Origin: Octopus vulgaris
Taxonomy: Eukaryota
Reading direction: 5' to 3'
Assembly (NCBI GenBank): GCA_951406725.2
Contig: OX597815.1
Location: 31,558,001 to 31,622,000, forward strand
DNA length: 64,000 bases
A program made the position numbers and the translations under genes. The notes beneath the pieces were generated by a model. That model worked only from the letters and a program-made list of their open reading frames with translations, was not told the origin of the DNA and did not search any database. This document shows positions 44,081 to 58,820 of this stretch, one piece after another (position 1 is the stretch's first letter; every line of letters starts with the position of its first letter).

Positions 44081-44267
44081 ATATATATATACACCTCAGA
44101 TGAGCCTACCTCACGACAGGAGACGCGGATGCGGGCAGCAGCATCGAACTCCCTTGTTGATCAAGTGCCACGTTTTAGAGGTGGATTCACAAATTAGTGT
44201 AGCTCATTCAGCGGTGGTGCCCCAGCATGGCCGCGGCCTTCGGGCTAAAACATTTTTAAGGATTTAA

Positions 44268-44323
<56 letters not shown>

Positions 44324-44387
44324 TATAAATATATACGTATACACATGACACATAAATACGTATACGCACATATACATACACGTTCTC

Positions 44388-44471
<84 letters not shown>

Positions 44472-44855
44472 GTAGGATGCATTTGAAACCAGAATAAAAG
44501 TGCTCAATACATGTACTACAGTTTATTCGAGTATTCGAAACATAGGTTTCAGTATAGCCATGAACCCACGAAACATTTTTCGGATTTACTCGCCCGTATA
44601 CTGTTGAATCTCTGTTATTTTCAGTGTAAATATTTTTGGTGGTCCAAATGAGGGTATTAACTCTTATTTCTAGCGGGTAGACACTTTAATGTGTCCTTTG
44701 ATTAATGTAATTTTTAATTCTATAGGTATATAATGCTAATTTAGACTTGCAACCACCTATATTAATATTGTTATTATAAACCATTTGTTTTGCCTTCGAT
44801 AATAATAACAATGCTAATATCTATATAAATATTCGCTTCTGAATATTTTTGCTGA

Positions 44856-44890
<35 letters not shown>

Positions 44891-45227
44891 AATTGCAGTT
44901 GCTTTTGCAATTGGAATTGATTTGAGATGTGAAACTTCTGGATAGAGTCTAGCCATGAGGACAATGCCTCGAGCAATATTTTGGTAAAGCAATTTGCATT
45001 CCATTCTGAATATGATTCCGCGTCGAAAATGACTCTCCATTGGAGCCAAGATTTTGACGTTTAATAATGTTGACAATTAAAATTTAAAGCAAGTGAATTA
45101 AAAGTAATTAATATAAAGCATAAAACAGACATGAATACCGCAAGATCCTCCACAAAACACATACATAATTATACAGACACACGCAGATATTTATAGTTTT
45201 GCATGTTTGTAAAGGAACTTGTGCGAG

Positions 45228-46160
45228 CTTGGTTTTGGGTTCAATCCCACTGCATGGCACTCTGAGCAAGTGTGTTTCTTCTACTAAAGGTCTCTGGTTA
45301 ACCCATGTCTTCTGAGGAAATTTGGTAGATGGAAACCGTATGAAAACCTGTCGTGAATATGTTTATTTATGTATGTATGCATGCATGCATGTATGTATGC
45401 ATGTATGTATGTATGTCATCTTCGTAGTCATAAAGCAAGACAGATGAGTGACAACCTGGCCACTGGTGGTGGTGTAACACACCATACTAATCATATCTGT
45501 CGGGCATGTGGAAGAGAGTGTAATTCGGCAGGAGGACTTAAACGACATGCAAAGGTACATGAAGCCCAGTTACAACTACAGCCGGCTATTACCGGTAAAG
45601 GTTTTAGTTGCCAATTCTGTACAAGACATTGTAGATCTTTGGCTGGGCTAAAAAGTCACATTCGATCACAGCACCAGTAACAGTTAAGCTTCGTGCAATG
45701 GCCATACTCGATAACGAGGGGGCAGCCATACTAATGTATGTATGTATGTATGTATGTATGTATGTATGTATGTATGTATGCAGGCATGCGTGTATGTATA
45801 CTTGTACGTATGTGTATGCATGCATTCATGCATGTATGTATACATGTATGTATTATGTATGTATATATGCATGTATGTATGTATGTATATATGTATATAT
45901 GTATGTAAGAATGCGCGTGCGTAATTCTGTATATATGTACATCTTTGTAGATGCTGCCTTATCAGCTCACAACCGGTGTTAGTTCGTTAACATCCTCGTA
46001 TATTAGCGGTTCAGCAAAAAAAAAAAAGAGATGTCGATAGAATAAGAATTAAACTTGAAAGAATAAATACTGTAGTAGACTCTTTTTTTTTTTTCGAATA
46101 GAAACCCCTCTAAGGTAGTGCTTCAGCTTGGCCGCAGTCCAATAGCTGAAACACTTATAA
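45228..46160 (+). mobile_element. Family B SINE split by a LINE insertion
   Basis: Head half at 45228-45355, tail half at 45955-46160. Confidence 0.8.
45417..45733 (+). mobile_element. 5'-truncated RTE-like LINE 3' end encoding two C2H2 zinc fingers
   Basis: CRACGRECNSAGGLKRHAKVH and CQFCTRHCRSLAGLKSHIRSQH, stop at 45680, short 3' UTR, flanked by (TATG)n on both sides. Confidence 0.75.
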
Positions 46161-46456
46161 CAATGAGAGGATAGGATATACGAGCGCTTATGCGCGCGTG
46201 TTGTGTGTGTGTGTGTGTCTGTGGTTCTGTGTGAGTGTAACTGTGTTTGTGTGTGTGTGTGTATGTGTGTGTGTGTGTGTGTGTGTGCACCTGTGCTAGT
46301 ATTTCTCTTCTGTTAGCGTCTTAGGATATTCTCTCACAAAGTCATTGTAACATTTACCACGATCCCACTTGATTTATGCGCCATCAACGTCATTACCGTA
46401 TAACCCCATTACAACAAACATTACAGCTATCACTATCATCATTACTACTACTACTG

Positions 46457-46491
<35 letters not shown>

Positions 46492-46920
46492 TAAGCCACT
46501 TTCACCAGCAAGTTCCCCCCGAATAAACTGTGACTCTAATTCCTTGCTTTCTTTCTTTCTCTCTAATGTCTCAACTACTTCCTCTGTAATGGCAATGCTC
46601 AGAAATTCCCTCGCAATTCATCCATAAAACTATGTTTTTTTTTTTGTAGTTATGGCAACAACTGGTAATAATAAAGATTCCCCCCATCGTTCATAACTTC
46701 ACACTGCTCTAATGTAAATACCATTAAAACTCTGAAACAAACCTTTCGAAATGTACTGCGCATGTATTGAGGTTAAGCTAGCTCGTTATTACACCAAGAA
46801 GATAACGTGTACAGTTATACATATAAACGCACAATATACATACATACATACATAGATACACACACACATACATACATACATACATACATACATACATACA
46901 TACATACATACATACATACA

Positions 46921-47421
46921 TACACTGACATACAGGCACTGCCGTACATTATGCATCTGTATACAAACACACACGCAAACAAAACGTACACTGTCATACA
47001 CGTGAACACATACGTATATATAAATACTTTCTGACATACACTGACATATATATATATATATATACACACAGACACATACGCATACATACATACATACATA
47101 CATACATACATACATACATACATACATACATACATACACACATACACACATACATACATACACTGATAGGCAAGCACTGCCGTACATTATGCATCTATAT
47201 ACAAACACACACGCATACATACAACAGTGATTTTGTTATTGTTCGAGAAGCTACCGTACACAGTCATACATATGAACACATTCGTATATATAAATACATT
47301 CTGACATACACTGACATATATATACACACAGACACACACGCGCACATACATACATACATACATACATACATACATACATACATACATACATACATACATA
47401 CATACATACATACATACATAC
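46921..47421. repeat. Tandem duplication of a ~240-260-bp unit containing (CATA)n
   Basis: GCACTGCCGTACATTATGCATCT and CTGACATACACTGACATATA each occur twice, at ~46936/47174 and ~47031/47301. Confidence 0.9.
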
Positions 47422-47820
47422 AAGTGCTTCGAAGCCTTCAGTTTCTATAACCAGATTATAAAATTTGCATTTATACCTATAATAATTGATATACTTGGTT
47501 TTGTGTGTAAATGCCTAAGCGACACTCAGGATAAGCTAGGGTTTTCAGTAAAAGAAAATCAACCTGCTAACACGCACATTGCAAATACAATCAGTAAGTG
47601 GAACAACAAAAATATGCAAGACTTTTCTCAGGCTTAAAATGTAACATTCCTCTCGTTATCTACATTCCAGCGATGGAGCTTTATATCTTTATTAGAAACC
47701 AGCTCCTTATTAACAGAATAACTTCGATTAATTAAAAATAGACGAGACCATACATACATGCACACATACATACATACATACATACATACATACATACATA
47801 CATACATACATACATACATA

Positions 47821-47961
47821 CCACTAGCGTAGCTAGAGAAGGGCATAGGGGGCGACGCTACTTTCGGGTCTGCTGTAGACAATATGTATCTTTTGTGGGG
47901 GCCCGGGATTGGTCAACTGAAGGGCCAACCCAGGCGGCACACACTCTAGCTACGCTAGTGG
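47821..47961. mobile_element. 141-bp MITE with 18-bp perfect TIRs
   Basis: CCACTAGCGTAGCTAGAG / CTCTAGCTACGCTAGTGG, TA on both sides, inserted in (CATA)n. Confidence 0.9.
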
Positions 47962-49004
47962 TATATACATACAAACATACATACATATATACATACAATG
48001 GGTTTGGATTCGTTACTTTTTGAAGACGGTATTCACTCGTAGGTTTTCTATGTCCTTCAAAACAGCAATGAGGGATTGCTGAATGATTTTTAATATGCTA
48101 AATGGTCTAAGTGCTTACTATTTTGCAATTATTTGTATCGTCGTTGTTTAGTACCAATTCAGCCTTGAGCAAACAGATTGATAATCAAAGCCGTTCTAAC
48201 CCTGACCACCTAGTTTTTATTTCTTTGTTTTTCAGTAATGTTGTTCATTGTTGTGTACTATCATGTCAATCTGGATTCAGTAGAAAGACCTACGATCAAA
48301 AATACCCTAATTATGACCATCTCTGCTTTCAATCAGACATTACGTAAGCGGGACCACGTAATATAAAGTGTGCTTCTATTTTTTTTTTCTGAGACAGTTG
48401 TGTGTGGTTTTGAAAGAGAAAGTGTGTGCCAAAAAAGAAAGCGAGGTGGTAGTTAGAGACACTTTTAGAATGTAGTTCTAGAGAAGAACTGACCAAGATG
48501 CTTAGCACTTTGTTCAAAGATGCCAAGGAAAATGAGAGGAAGTGAAATAACTATTTTTCTGTGAGATTTTATGATAGTGGTTTGTCGTCTGTGAGCAAGG
48601 AAGCTTGTAACTTGGACAATATTTTTCTTCTGGACAATTAAGAAATGCAATTAATAAATATAGCTTATGATGGATGTATAACAACATCTAGTAATTATTT
48701 AGTAAGTGTTCTTTCGCCGCACGACAGGCCTGACCAAACAGACGCTTATCTTGTATTTTTTATACGAGACGGGACTAACTACATTATCCAGTGAATGGTT
48801 TCTTTTTTAAGACAGTAGGATATAATGTGAGGGAGATTTGGTTACTATCTCTAGTGGATTGAGTAAGTGCATATAGTCACGTTTGTCAGCTTATGCTGAG
48901 ATGCACCTGTAGTGTAGTAGATTTGCCGTCCTAAGTGAACAACATAGTGCCTCCCTTGTGCTGGTATATGTCGCAACGTGTTTCGTTGATATACAGTGCT
49001 GAGA

Positions 49005-49395
49005 GGTTGGCGAGCCAGCGGAATCGCTAGCACGCCGAGCGAAATGCTTAGCGGCATTTCGTCTGCCGTTAAGTTCTGAGTTCAAATTCCGCTGAGGTCG
49101 ACTTTGCCTTTCATCCTTTCGGGGTCGATAAATTAAGTACCCGTTACGCACTGGGGCTAATATAACCGACTTAATCCGTTTGTCTGTCCTTGTTTGTCCT
49201 CTCTGTGTTTAGCCCCTTGTGGGTAGTAAAGAAATAAGCATTTCGTCTGTCTTAACGTTCGGAGTTCAAATGCCGCCGTGAGCGATTTTGCCTTTCATCT
49301 GTTTCGGGGTTGATAAAATAAGTACCAGCCAAACATTGAAATTGGCGTAATCGACTTATCCCGAAATTATTGGCCTTGTGACAAAATCTGAAACC
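49005..49395 (+). mobile_element. Nested/tandem family A SINE pair
   Basis: The young-tail copy ends at 49237 and the older copy resumes at 49238; GCATTTCGTCTG at 49054-49065 and 49238-49249. Confidence 0.9.
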
Positions 49396-49567
49396 AGTAT
49401 ACAATGTTGAGTACAATATACTCCCAATGGTCTAAAACTGGCGAAGAGGAAAACACTCCTGTCTGTTCTCTTTTGAATTACAACGCAAACGTCTTAAGCC
49501 GAAGTTTTAACGTCCTAATATTTTAACACACACACACACATACACACACATGAACACGTGTGTAGAC

Positions 49568-49605
<38 letters not shown>

Positions 49606-51129
49606 TATTGAGAGAGAGGAAGAGTAAGAATATAGTGGGTTTTAAATTAGACCTGGCCTTTTAGAGATAGGGAAAAAGATATGGAGAAAAGAAGGCTTTC
49701 ATGCCTATCCCTTTTGTATATTCTCCTACAGCTATCTAAACAGAATCGCATATTTCATTCACCGAGAAGGAATTTATAATTACACCAGGCTCTGTACTGC
49801 ACGACCGAAATGGAACAGTAATTTAATAATGAAGAAAAAATTGTTTATGATTAAATTAGCTACTATTTAACAGATGTTGACTATTTCATTGTTGATAACT
49901 TCTGGTTAAAAATAGACATCACTGCTGAAATTTACTTTATAAATTAGACTAAACGGAGAGTGACTTGTAGAATAACCGTATTCTTTCACAAGGCACATGG
50001 TTTCTCTTTTTTTCTTTCTTTTAAATGGGAGGAGTTTTAGTGGATTAAAATTGACTCGAGTATTCTAAGTGTGCTCCGCAACCCAATTGGAATATCACTG
50101 TAAAACTTTGTTTTCATGTCGTATATCAAGATTTAAGTCAGTCAAGCGGAACTCATCTCACTCACTTCAAGTTAATCTATTTTCTTATTGAAACCTCGAC
50201 ACACCGAAAAGTCAATGAAACCACTGTGAATTTCAGTGTTGTTACTACTTACATTTTCAAATTACCCTTCTCATTATATAAGAAAAAAATGTGTGTTCAA
50301 GAAAACTAGTGTACAATGTACAATTGTAGAAAACATTTTATCAACACTGTCCAAATTAGGCCGATATCTAGTTCACAAGTTACGCACTCTTTGGCCCCAG
50401 AGCCATACGCCCCAAACAATAATAGAACTCACATCACACAGCGTTGTGATATTACATTTTTTTTAAACCTCTAGTAGTCTTACCTGATTCGACATTATTC
50501 CGAAAAAATCGAAGAAAATGACACGTACCATTCAAACGATACCTAGAGCAATCCCTCCAAGAAATATCAAACAAACCACTGACCCCAGATACATTTCCGC
50601 AAAATCTGTAACTTTCTAATCGAATGGGCTATGGTGACCTAAAACACGACTTAAATGACTTACTTGTCCAGCTGGCGGTATTAAGTTAGACATGGCCTGG
50701 ATTACTAAAGACCAAATCCTAAGTTTGTCAAAATTTAAGATTATTAGTGCTCTATGTCGGTCAACGCTAAAAAATTAAATACAATTATATATACTCGTAT
50801 GAAATGGTTTTTCGCGAGGGAGTGTGAATTCTGGCGATGACCCCTACGAATTATTGGAAAATGGACGCATGGTACGTAAATTATTTTATGAACGACTCTG
50901 TATATAATATGATACTTTTACTAGCTTTTGTCATTAGACTACGGCCATGCTGGCTGGGGCAGCGTCTACCGAGGTTTAGTCAGTTATAGTAACTCCAGTG
51001 TTTTTTTTTCTTTTTATCAACATTTATTTATCTAACCTCAGGGTTATCTCTTTAGAGATACTAATGTAAACTACGCCGGATTTTAGACAGGTGCAAATAT
51101 AAACATAAATATTCATAGACACATACACA

Positions 51130-51260
51130 CATATATGGTCAAGTGGTTTGAGTATTGAGCTCACAATCTTTGTTCGATTCCTAGACTGGGTAGCGTGTTG
51201 TATTTTTAACCAAGGCACTCCATTTCCCGTTGCTCAAGTATTATCAACTGTAAATACAGC
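51130..51260 (+). mobile_element. Decayed family D SINE head
   Basis: TGGTCAAGTGG...GTTCGATTCCTAGACTGG...CGTTGCTC, similar to 10953-11090. Confidence 0.55.
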
Positions 51261-51834
51261 CTAATACTGTGTACTCCGCCCTCTATCTCTCATTTCTTCC
51301 TTTGTGGTATACGCTCATTGTTTCGTTTGCATTTAACTCTCTACTGTTCGTATTTATAAATTCCGGCAAAATTTAGAAAACAACACAAACTAGAATAGTC
51401 AGCTCTTTTTCCACTTTTTTTTCTTTCGCAACCCGAGAGAATAATAGATTCAAGTATTGTAACGGTAGAGTTAATCAATTTCTTAACTTGGAACGATAAA
51501 TTTAGCCCCAGATGGGGTATCAATTTAGAACCTTGACGTACCGAGCTAGATTAGCGTTTAGCATCTGGCTCGTCTCTTTCTCTCTCCCTTCTTTTTCTTT
51601 CCTCCATGTCTCGTTTTGCGCATATTGTCAGTTATAGAATAATGGTTTAATCAATTCTTGCTATACTAAATTGAAGTTGCTTGCGAGTATTTGCTTACAT
51701 AATTTGTTATTTGCAGTGTATTACGTGTGGTACCAAACCTACAGCACAGTCGGCTAATATTTTATTCATTCAACGATTTTTCTTACTAACTCATACAAAT
51801 AACAACAATAGTAATGATTTCAAATTTTGGCACA

Positions 51835-51940
51835 AGGCCATCAAGTCTAGGACAGGGGATAAGCCAATTACATCGACCGCAGTGCTCAGCTGGTACTTAT
51901 TTTATCGACCCCGAAAAGATGAAAGGCAAAGTCGACCTCA
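51835..51940 (-). mobile_element. Family A SINE 3' fragment
   Basis: TTTATCGACCCCGAAAAGATGAAAGGCAAAGTCGACCTC. Confidence 0.85.
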
Positions 51941-53234
51941 AGAATAATAATAACAAACATCCTTTAATTATGAAACTTCAGAGTATGATTAGAAAATTGG
52001 CTCTGATTAATCAACTCTACGTAAATGAGTGTATCTCTTGTAAAGAAGAATCGAAAGTGTATATTACAATGCTTTTATTACATAAAGTCCACCAATATCG
52101 ATTTCTAGCAACGATGCAAGGCATAAAATTTATAGGAAGCGGAAAGGGAATAGTGTGACCTTTATACTTCGTGTGAAGCTTGTTTGTGTCGTAAGTGAAA
52201 TGAATTAGCGACAACTGTAAATTGAAACCGGGTTGCAGACTTGACACATTGAAACCGATAAATATGACAACTTGATAAATCCCTTGCAACCTATAAACAG
52301 TAACCCAACAATTGTCACTTTAATCTAGATTTTTGTACTGGGTGGGGGGATACACCCTGTGGATAATTAAATGGGTACCTCAGCATGATAATTTACTAAC
52401 TAATAATTCATGATTTCGAGTTCAAATCATAATGAAACTGATTAGATTGTGGGGTTGATAAAGAAATACTGTTACACTTATGCGTTGAGTTTATAGACTA
52501 TAAGTCCACGCTTTAAAATTGTTCTTGTGCTTAGTCGATAGAAATTATTAACGGAGTTAGTTTGAAGATGTTCAGTTCTAATGGTGTTGCTGCTTACAGC
52601 CCTAAGTTACATTACTTTGTTCACGTGGGCAGAGTCATTGAGAGTAAAGTGTATTTGCGAGGGCAATGATAAAAGCATCGATGGCAAGAAAAGAACCATT
52701 GATCTCTCAACTAGTTGTCCAGAATCTATCGCTAATCTGATCGAACGAAGCATCATTTTCTCAAGATCTTCTCTGAAAATTTGAATGAAGGAATAAATGA
52801 ACAAAACCATGCAATAAAATTAAAGCTTTATCCTAAATTAGAATTAAAATAAAACATGAACTTCTTAGAGAAGAAAAGCATTTTATTTAAAAAGAGAAAC
52901 AAAAGAAAAAACGCGGCAAGAAATGGGAAATTACACTTTACAGGACATGTCGGAAAGAAGTTAGCGGCGTTTGGAGAAAAATGGCTTCAACGGGGAATCG
53001 AAACCTAGTGAAAGATTCGTTTCAACAGAAGTTTGCCTCATGTTGTATGGCGCTTACAAGATTAGAATTTTAAAAAAATATTATCATTTCCGTTTTCCAG
53101 TATCCTAGATTTTAGCAAAAACATTCATTCCATACTGGGGTCTTGGCAAACCAAACTAGCAACACACAAATCATTTCCACCCGTCTTAACCCCTACAGTA
53201 AAAACTTCTAATTATTTTTTCCTTCTGCTATCCT

Positions 53235-53266
53235 GCTCACTCCTTTCTCTTCCTCCACTCTCCCCC

Positions 53267-53309
<43 letters not shown>

Positions 53310-53744
53310 TTTTCGTTCTCTTTTTCTGTTGTTTTCCTTGTTTCTTCTCTTTGTGATCTGTTTAGTATTTTATTTTTGATGGAGGTGGAATTTTTGTTCA
53401 GCTTGTACCTATTACAGCTCTGTTTTCTCAACCTTAGCTTAGCCATATCCCCACCACCACTTATACTTCTTCCTCCTCTCCCTTCTCACTTCCTCTTTGT
53501 CTTACCTTTTGTTATAGTTTTGTATATATTTTTCTTCCATTCTTTCTCTCTCTCACTCTTTATCTATCCAATGTCTCTCTCTCTCCCTCCCTCCCTCTCT
53601 CATCTCCCAAATCCTCTTACTTCACTCCTTGTATGTTGTTTTAGTATATTATCTCCCTTCCCTTCCCTCTTCACTTTTTCACTTCTTTCTGTATATTATT
53701 TTGACTTCTCTCAAACGTTTTTCTCTCCAAAAGACTCTCTCTCC

Positions 53745-53794
<50 letters not shown>

Positions 53795-53826
53795 GTATAT
53801 ATATAATATCACTCTCTTTCCTTTTG

Positions 53827-53883
<57 letters not shown>

Positions 53884-54102
53884 TTTCCTTCTTTCTTTCA
53901 CTCCCTGTTTTTCTGTAATTTTGCTCTGTTGAACCTTTCAGACTGTTTTCTCACAACACCATCTTTCTCTCAGTCTGTCTTTGATCTCTTCTTTCTCTAC
54001 AAACACTTATATTTACCACCACCTCCGTCTCTCTCTCTCTCTCTCTCCCACCTCTCCCTCGCTTTCTCTATCTATCTTTCTCTCACCCCTTCTCTCTCTA
54101 TT

Positions 54103-54137
<35 letters not shown>

Positions 54138-54194
54138 ACTTTAAAGTGTCTCATTTTATTTATCCTATTGTTTCTCTTTCTAACATTTCACTTC

Positions 54195-54226
<32 letters not shown>

Positions 54227-54620
54227 GCATCTATTTCTTTCACGCTTTCTTTCTCTCGTCCCCTATTCTCTCCATCTCTTCCCTGCTCTCTACATCCTCC
54301 CCTACACCCCCCACAGTCTATTTCCTCCCCCTTTCACTACCATCGTACCTCACACTCACGTACAACTTTCCTTTATTGAAACACTTAATGATGGCAGAGC
54401 TTTTCGCCGGAAGACTGACTATATTATATTCAGTAATGTCCTGCTGATCTTTCCAGAATGTTCCTCTTATATATTTTACAGATGTTAAACTCATAGGTGT
54501 CTCCCTACTTCTCTCGCTCTCTCTCTCCCACTCTCTCTCTTTCTCTCTCACTCTCTCTTTCGTTCCCTCTCTCTCCCACTCTATCTCTCTCTCTCTCACT
54601 CTCTCTTTCGTTCCCTCGCT
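53235..54620. repeat. CT-rich low-complexity tract with (CT)n runs
   Basis: Direct reading. Confidence 0.9.
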
Positions 54621-55266
54621 CATAGTCGTTGTGTAGATCAGACAAAGTATAAACCATGACGAGCAATCTTCAGCTCCATAAACACAATCGTTCTGAGTGT
54701 GTGCGTATGTTGTAAAGGAATATGCATGTGCATGTATTCGTAGAGTGAGGCATATGTGTGTGTATAGGAATATCTATATATATGAGCATGTATACCATAT
54801 GTGAGCATGTTCGTGGGATGAAGCTGTGAGTGTGTTAATGGCGTCTAAGAAAGTTTGGTCTCTGACTATAGTAACAATGGTTGCGCGTAAATCGTGCTTT
54901 TTGTAGGACTTCACCTTGTCTGTGTATGCGTAGACAACCGCGTGTGTGTGTTAGTATGCGAGAGAGAGAGAGAGAGAGAGAGAGGGACTGAATGAGTACT
55001 GTGTATGTCTGTGAGTATGAGTGGCTCTTGTCTGTGAGCGGGTGTGTTTGTGTATACGTATTTGGGAGTCTCTGAATGTGTTTTTTTTTTAGTTTGCTTT
55101 TAGCCTGAGCCATACTGGAGCACTGTGTTTCGTGTGCGCTATAAAATACGTATGACCATTCACACAAACACGAAGCCAAGAGGCATCGGTTAGAATATTA
55201 AGACCGGTACTGGTTTTCTATTTATGTTTGTTCTAACACTTCGATATACAAACACACACACTCGTT

Positions 55267-55323
<57 letters not shown>

Positions 55324-55484
55324 TTCCCAACATAAGAATGTCGCTTTCATAGGCGCAACTATGGCTGTGTGGCTAAGAAGCTATCTTTGCAACTACGTGG
55401 TTTCGGATTCATTCGCCTTGTGAGTGAATCTGGTAGATAGAAACGGACACGCACACACGCACACACACACACACACACGCACAT

Positions 55485-55529
<45 letters not shown>

Positions 55530-55759
55530 TGTTTTGAAGCGCTTTGTAATATTTGAGTCGAGTTGAAAATTCTGGCACCACGCATTTCTTCTAAGGATAA
55601 CACGAAATATTCATACACACACACATATGCATATATATGTGTAATGGGGGGGTCAGTCTCTGTATTACTTGTCCTTTTACTCTCTCGTTATTTGTGCATT
55701 TAACTCATTTGTTTTCGTATTTCACGTTGTTTACAGTTGGTGACGTCCTATACCCGCAC

Positions 55760-55799
<40 letters not shown>

Positions 55800-55819
55800 A
55801 CATAGAAACGCCTTCTGCT

Positions 55820-56190
55820 TGTTTCCGTCATTGGACTGCGACCATGCTACCGCAATACATTGAAGGGTTTGGGTCTCATCCTAATGCAAAGTTATTTTTT
55901 TTAAGTTTGGTACTATCGATCTCTTTTATCGAACAGCAAGATAACAAGGGCGTAAATAAAGCAACACCGGCTGTGAAACGGTGGGGAAGGGACACGCATA
56001 TACACACACATACAAGCGCGCGCATATAGATAAATACGACGGCTTCCACAGAGCTTCTGTCTGCCAAATTCAGTCGTTAGTTTTTGAAAGGTCTACAGCT
56101 ATAATAGAAGACATTTGCCAAAGACATTGCGCAGTGGAACTGAACCGGAAGTCACGTAGTCGACAAGCAAGCTTCTAAACCATACAGCCA
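55820..56190 (-). mobile_element. Diverged family B SINE
   Basis: Reverse complement aligns to the family B head and tail; an internally deleted plus-strand head lies at 55352-55450. Confidence 0.75.
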
Positions 56191-56864
56191 AGTCTGCTCT
56201 TAGCTTCTCGTTTGCGCACAAAGGTTTTATATTTTCCTTTTGTTTTGTATTTTGATACATTATCTGTTGTTTCTTTTTTAATCAGTATAGCAATAAACAA
56301 CGATAACAACATAGAGGTGAGGGGGTCGGATGACAGGTTTAGTGAAAGACGTGCGTAGTTCTGAATATTTTAGACAAAGCTTATAAACAAAAAAAAAAAA
56401 ACCTTCTCACTTCCTTTATTAACAACAGTCTTTCTAAAACTTATCTCAAGCCATTTGTTTGTGCCAAAGGGCTGATTGCTTAGTGATATCACCCACAAGT
56501 ACTTCAAATGCCCGGCCGACTCGGGTCCGACAGAAGAAGGAGGGAAAAAATGAAGATAAAAAAAAAGAAAAGATTAATTAGCTTTGACAATCATTAAAAC
56601 GTATGTGCGAAATTGTAGCCTCAGAAATTAAAAAGTCGACCTATCAGATAATGCAAGGATCTCCCTATCTTTGCAATAAAGGGACGTCGGATGGGTGTTG
56701 GATGTGTATGTGTAAGCTAACCCGCACTCTTTTCGCACATTATGAGTGGCATTTTCACTCTGAATCGTTTGCAATCGCCAAATTAATTGCTCTATTTTAA
56801 AGATTGAGGGGAGAAAAGCGCACAGTATTGTATGCATGTGTGTGTATCCGTTTGTCTGTGCATG

Positions 56865-56898
<34 letters not shown>

Positions 56899-57047
56899 CA
56901 TGACGCAAATGCCACCTATGGTAATAATTAGAAATGAAATTATAGTGAAGTTAGCACAAATCGACAAATCGGTTGCGTTATGGTGTCGGATCTTAATTTA
57001 TCACACCCATACTTCTCTCTCTCTCTCTCTCCATATATATATATAGA

Positions 57048-57085
<38 letters not shown>

Positions 57086-57552
57086 TCACACCCACACACA
57101 TTTACACAAAACGTATATATACGTGCATTAAATGCGTGTATTCTTTTAAAAGCCGACTAATGCTAGGTAGCTATGTCAGTAGTTCATGTTTTTTGGGGGG
57201 ACGGTTTTGGTCGCGTTTTTGTTCTATATTTCCTTTTTTTTTTTTTTAATCTTTTCTACTGGGTGTTGGCGGCACACTTTCTATTATTAGATAGAAGTAG
57301 GTAGATGGAATATACTGAACTCTTCACAGTGAACAACTTCATAGTAGAAAACTTAATGATGAACACTGTACCATATGTTGTTATTCAAAACATTAAACAA
57401 ATATTTCAAGTAAAGGTTTGGAATTATCTTAAAGCAATTGACTTCGGTCGGAACAAGCCTTGCCTATCATTCGAATTCCTCTTTTTTTTTTTTTTTTGCA
57501 TTTTATTTTTTTTCTTTACCTGGATTCTTCGTTTCAGTATAAGTAATGTATT

Positions 57553-57920
57553 GGGTGCATGCATGGTCGTGTGGTTAAGAAGCTAGCTTTGCAACTATAC
57601 GGTTTTGAGTTCAGTCCTACGGCACAAAACCCTGGGGAAGTGTCATCTTACTAGAATCCGAGCTGACTGAAGCCTTGCGAATGAATTTGTTAGATGGAAA
57701 CTCTCTGTGCGCGCGCTACCATCACTTGACATCTGCCATCGGGTTATATGAGACCCGTAACATAGTGGTTCAACGAAAGAGATTGAAAGAATTGAGATTA
57801 AAAGAGATTGAAAGAATAATTACCAGATTTTGAAATAAGTACGGGAATTGATCTGTTCGATCAAATCCTTAAAGGTGATGCCTCTATGATGACCACGGTC
57901 TCATGATAGAATCATGAGAT
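57553..57920 (+). mobile_element. Diverged family B SINE
   Basis: TGGTCGTGTGGTTAAG...GAGTTCAGTCC...GATGGAAACT. Confidence 0.75.
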
Positions 57921-58543
57921 ACACGAGGGTGGTGTTTCAACACGGCTTTAGTTCTGAAGGCTCGAACAGTCTAAATCATTAAAAAAGCGTAACGTTCACT
58001 CTTTCCTTAATAACTTTGCTATCATAGTTTAGCTTCACCTTCAGCTCTGGCTGTTGAAAAGATCTTTGCTCAAGATTTCTATAGTACTCACCAATTTTCC
58101 TATTAAATCCGGTGTCTGTATGTTATTAATTTAGCCATGGTGCGAACTACTGCCAGTTGAAATCTATACCTATCTATCTGAGTTACGAGAGGCATTATTT
58201 GCACTTGCAGTTTTGTGCTTGCAGTGTTAAAGCTGAGAAATACGTGTAATTATTCACACCTCTGCAACAGAATAGGTATTAATTTATCCTTTACAGACTA
58301 GCTTTCAGCAAGTTGTTGAAAGACCAAGTTTTCAGTTTCTTAAGTAAATATGCAGGAAATTAAGTAAAGTAATGGAATCTATGTTCAGGTTATACATGTG
58401 CTTTTAGTTAGTAAGGTGGCGATTAACTAATTCAGAAATTATATCTAATGCCACATGTGTGTGTGTGTGTATAAAGTAGTAATTTTATATTCGGGTATGC
58501 ACCTTGTATAGTATACTGTTTAAAGCCCGTTCCCAGTATTCGG

Positions 58544-58640
58544 CTACCTGATGTCGACAACAGTATGGAGGCATATGCCACTAGACAGAAACTCATATAC
58601 AAGGTGCCGATTTATGATGGGTCGAAACGATCGTAATGAA
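58544..58640 (+). ncRNA. Decayed hammerhead motif
   Basis: CUGAUGU-C-GAC(long loop)GUC-GAA-ACGAUCGU-A: A9 mutated, palindromic stem III, stem I broken. Confidence 0.4.
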
Positions 58641-58718
58641 TAAAAAGTCAAGTGAATTTCATTTTCCTCCTCTCATATTCTCTCTCTCACCACTCGCTCT
58701 TTCTCTCTCTCTCGATAT

Positions 58719-58744
<26 letters not shown>

Positions 58745-58751
<7 letters not shown>

Positions 58752-58787
58752 ACCGTGTATATATATATATAACCGTATATATACATT

Positions 58788-58820
<33 letters not shown>

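Noticed and set aside
45369-45680. Host C2H2 zinc-finger gene
   Set aside because: The start lies in a microsatellite, there is no TGEKP linker, and it is embedded in a SINE; a LINE fragment explains it better
50230-50905. Possible Tc1/mariner remnant ending ...GACTCTGTATA
   Set aside because: No matching second TIR or DDE motif could be identified
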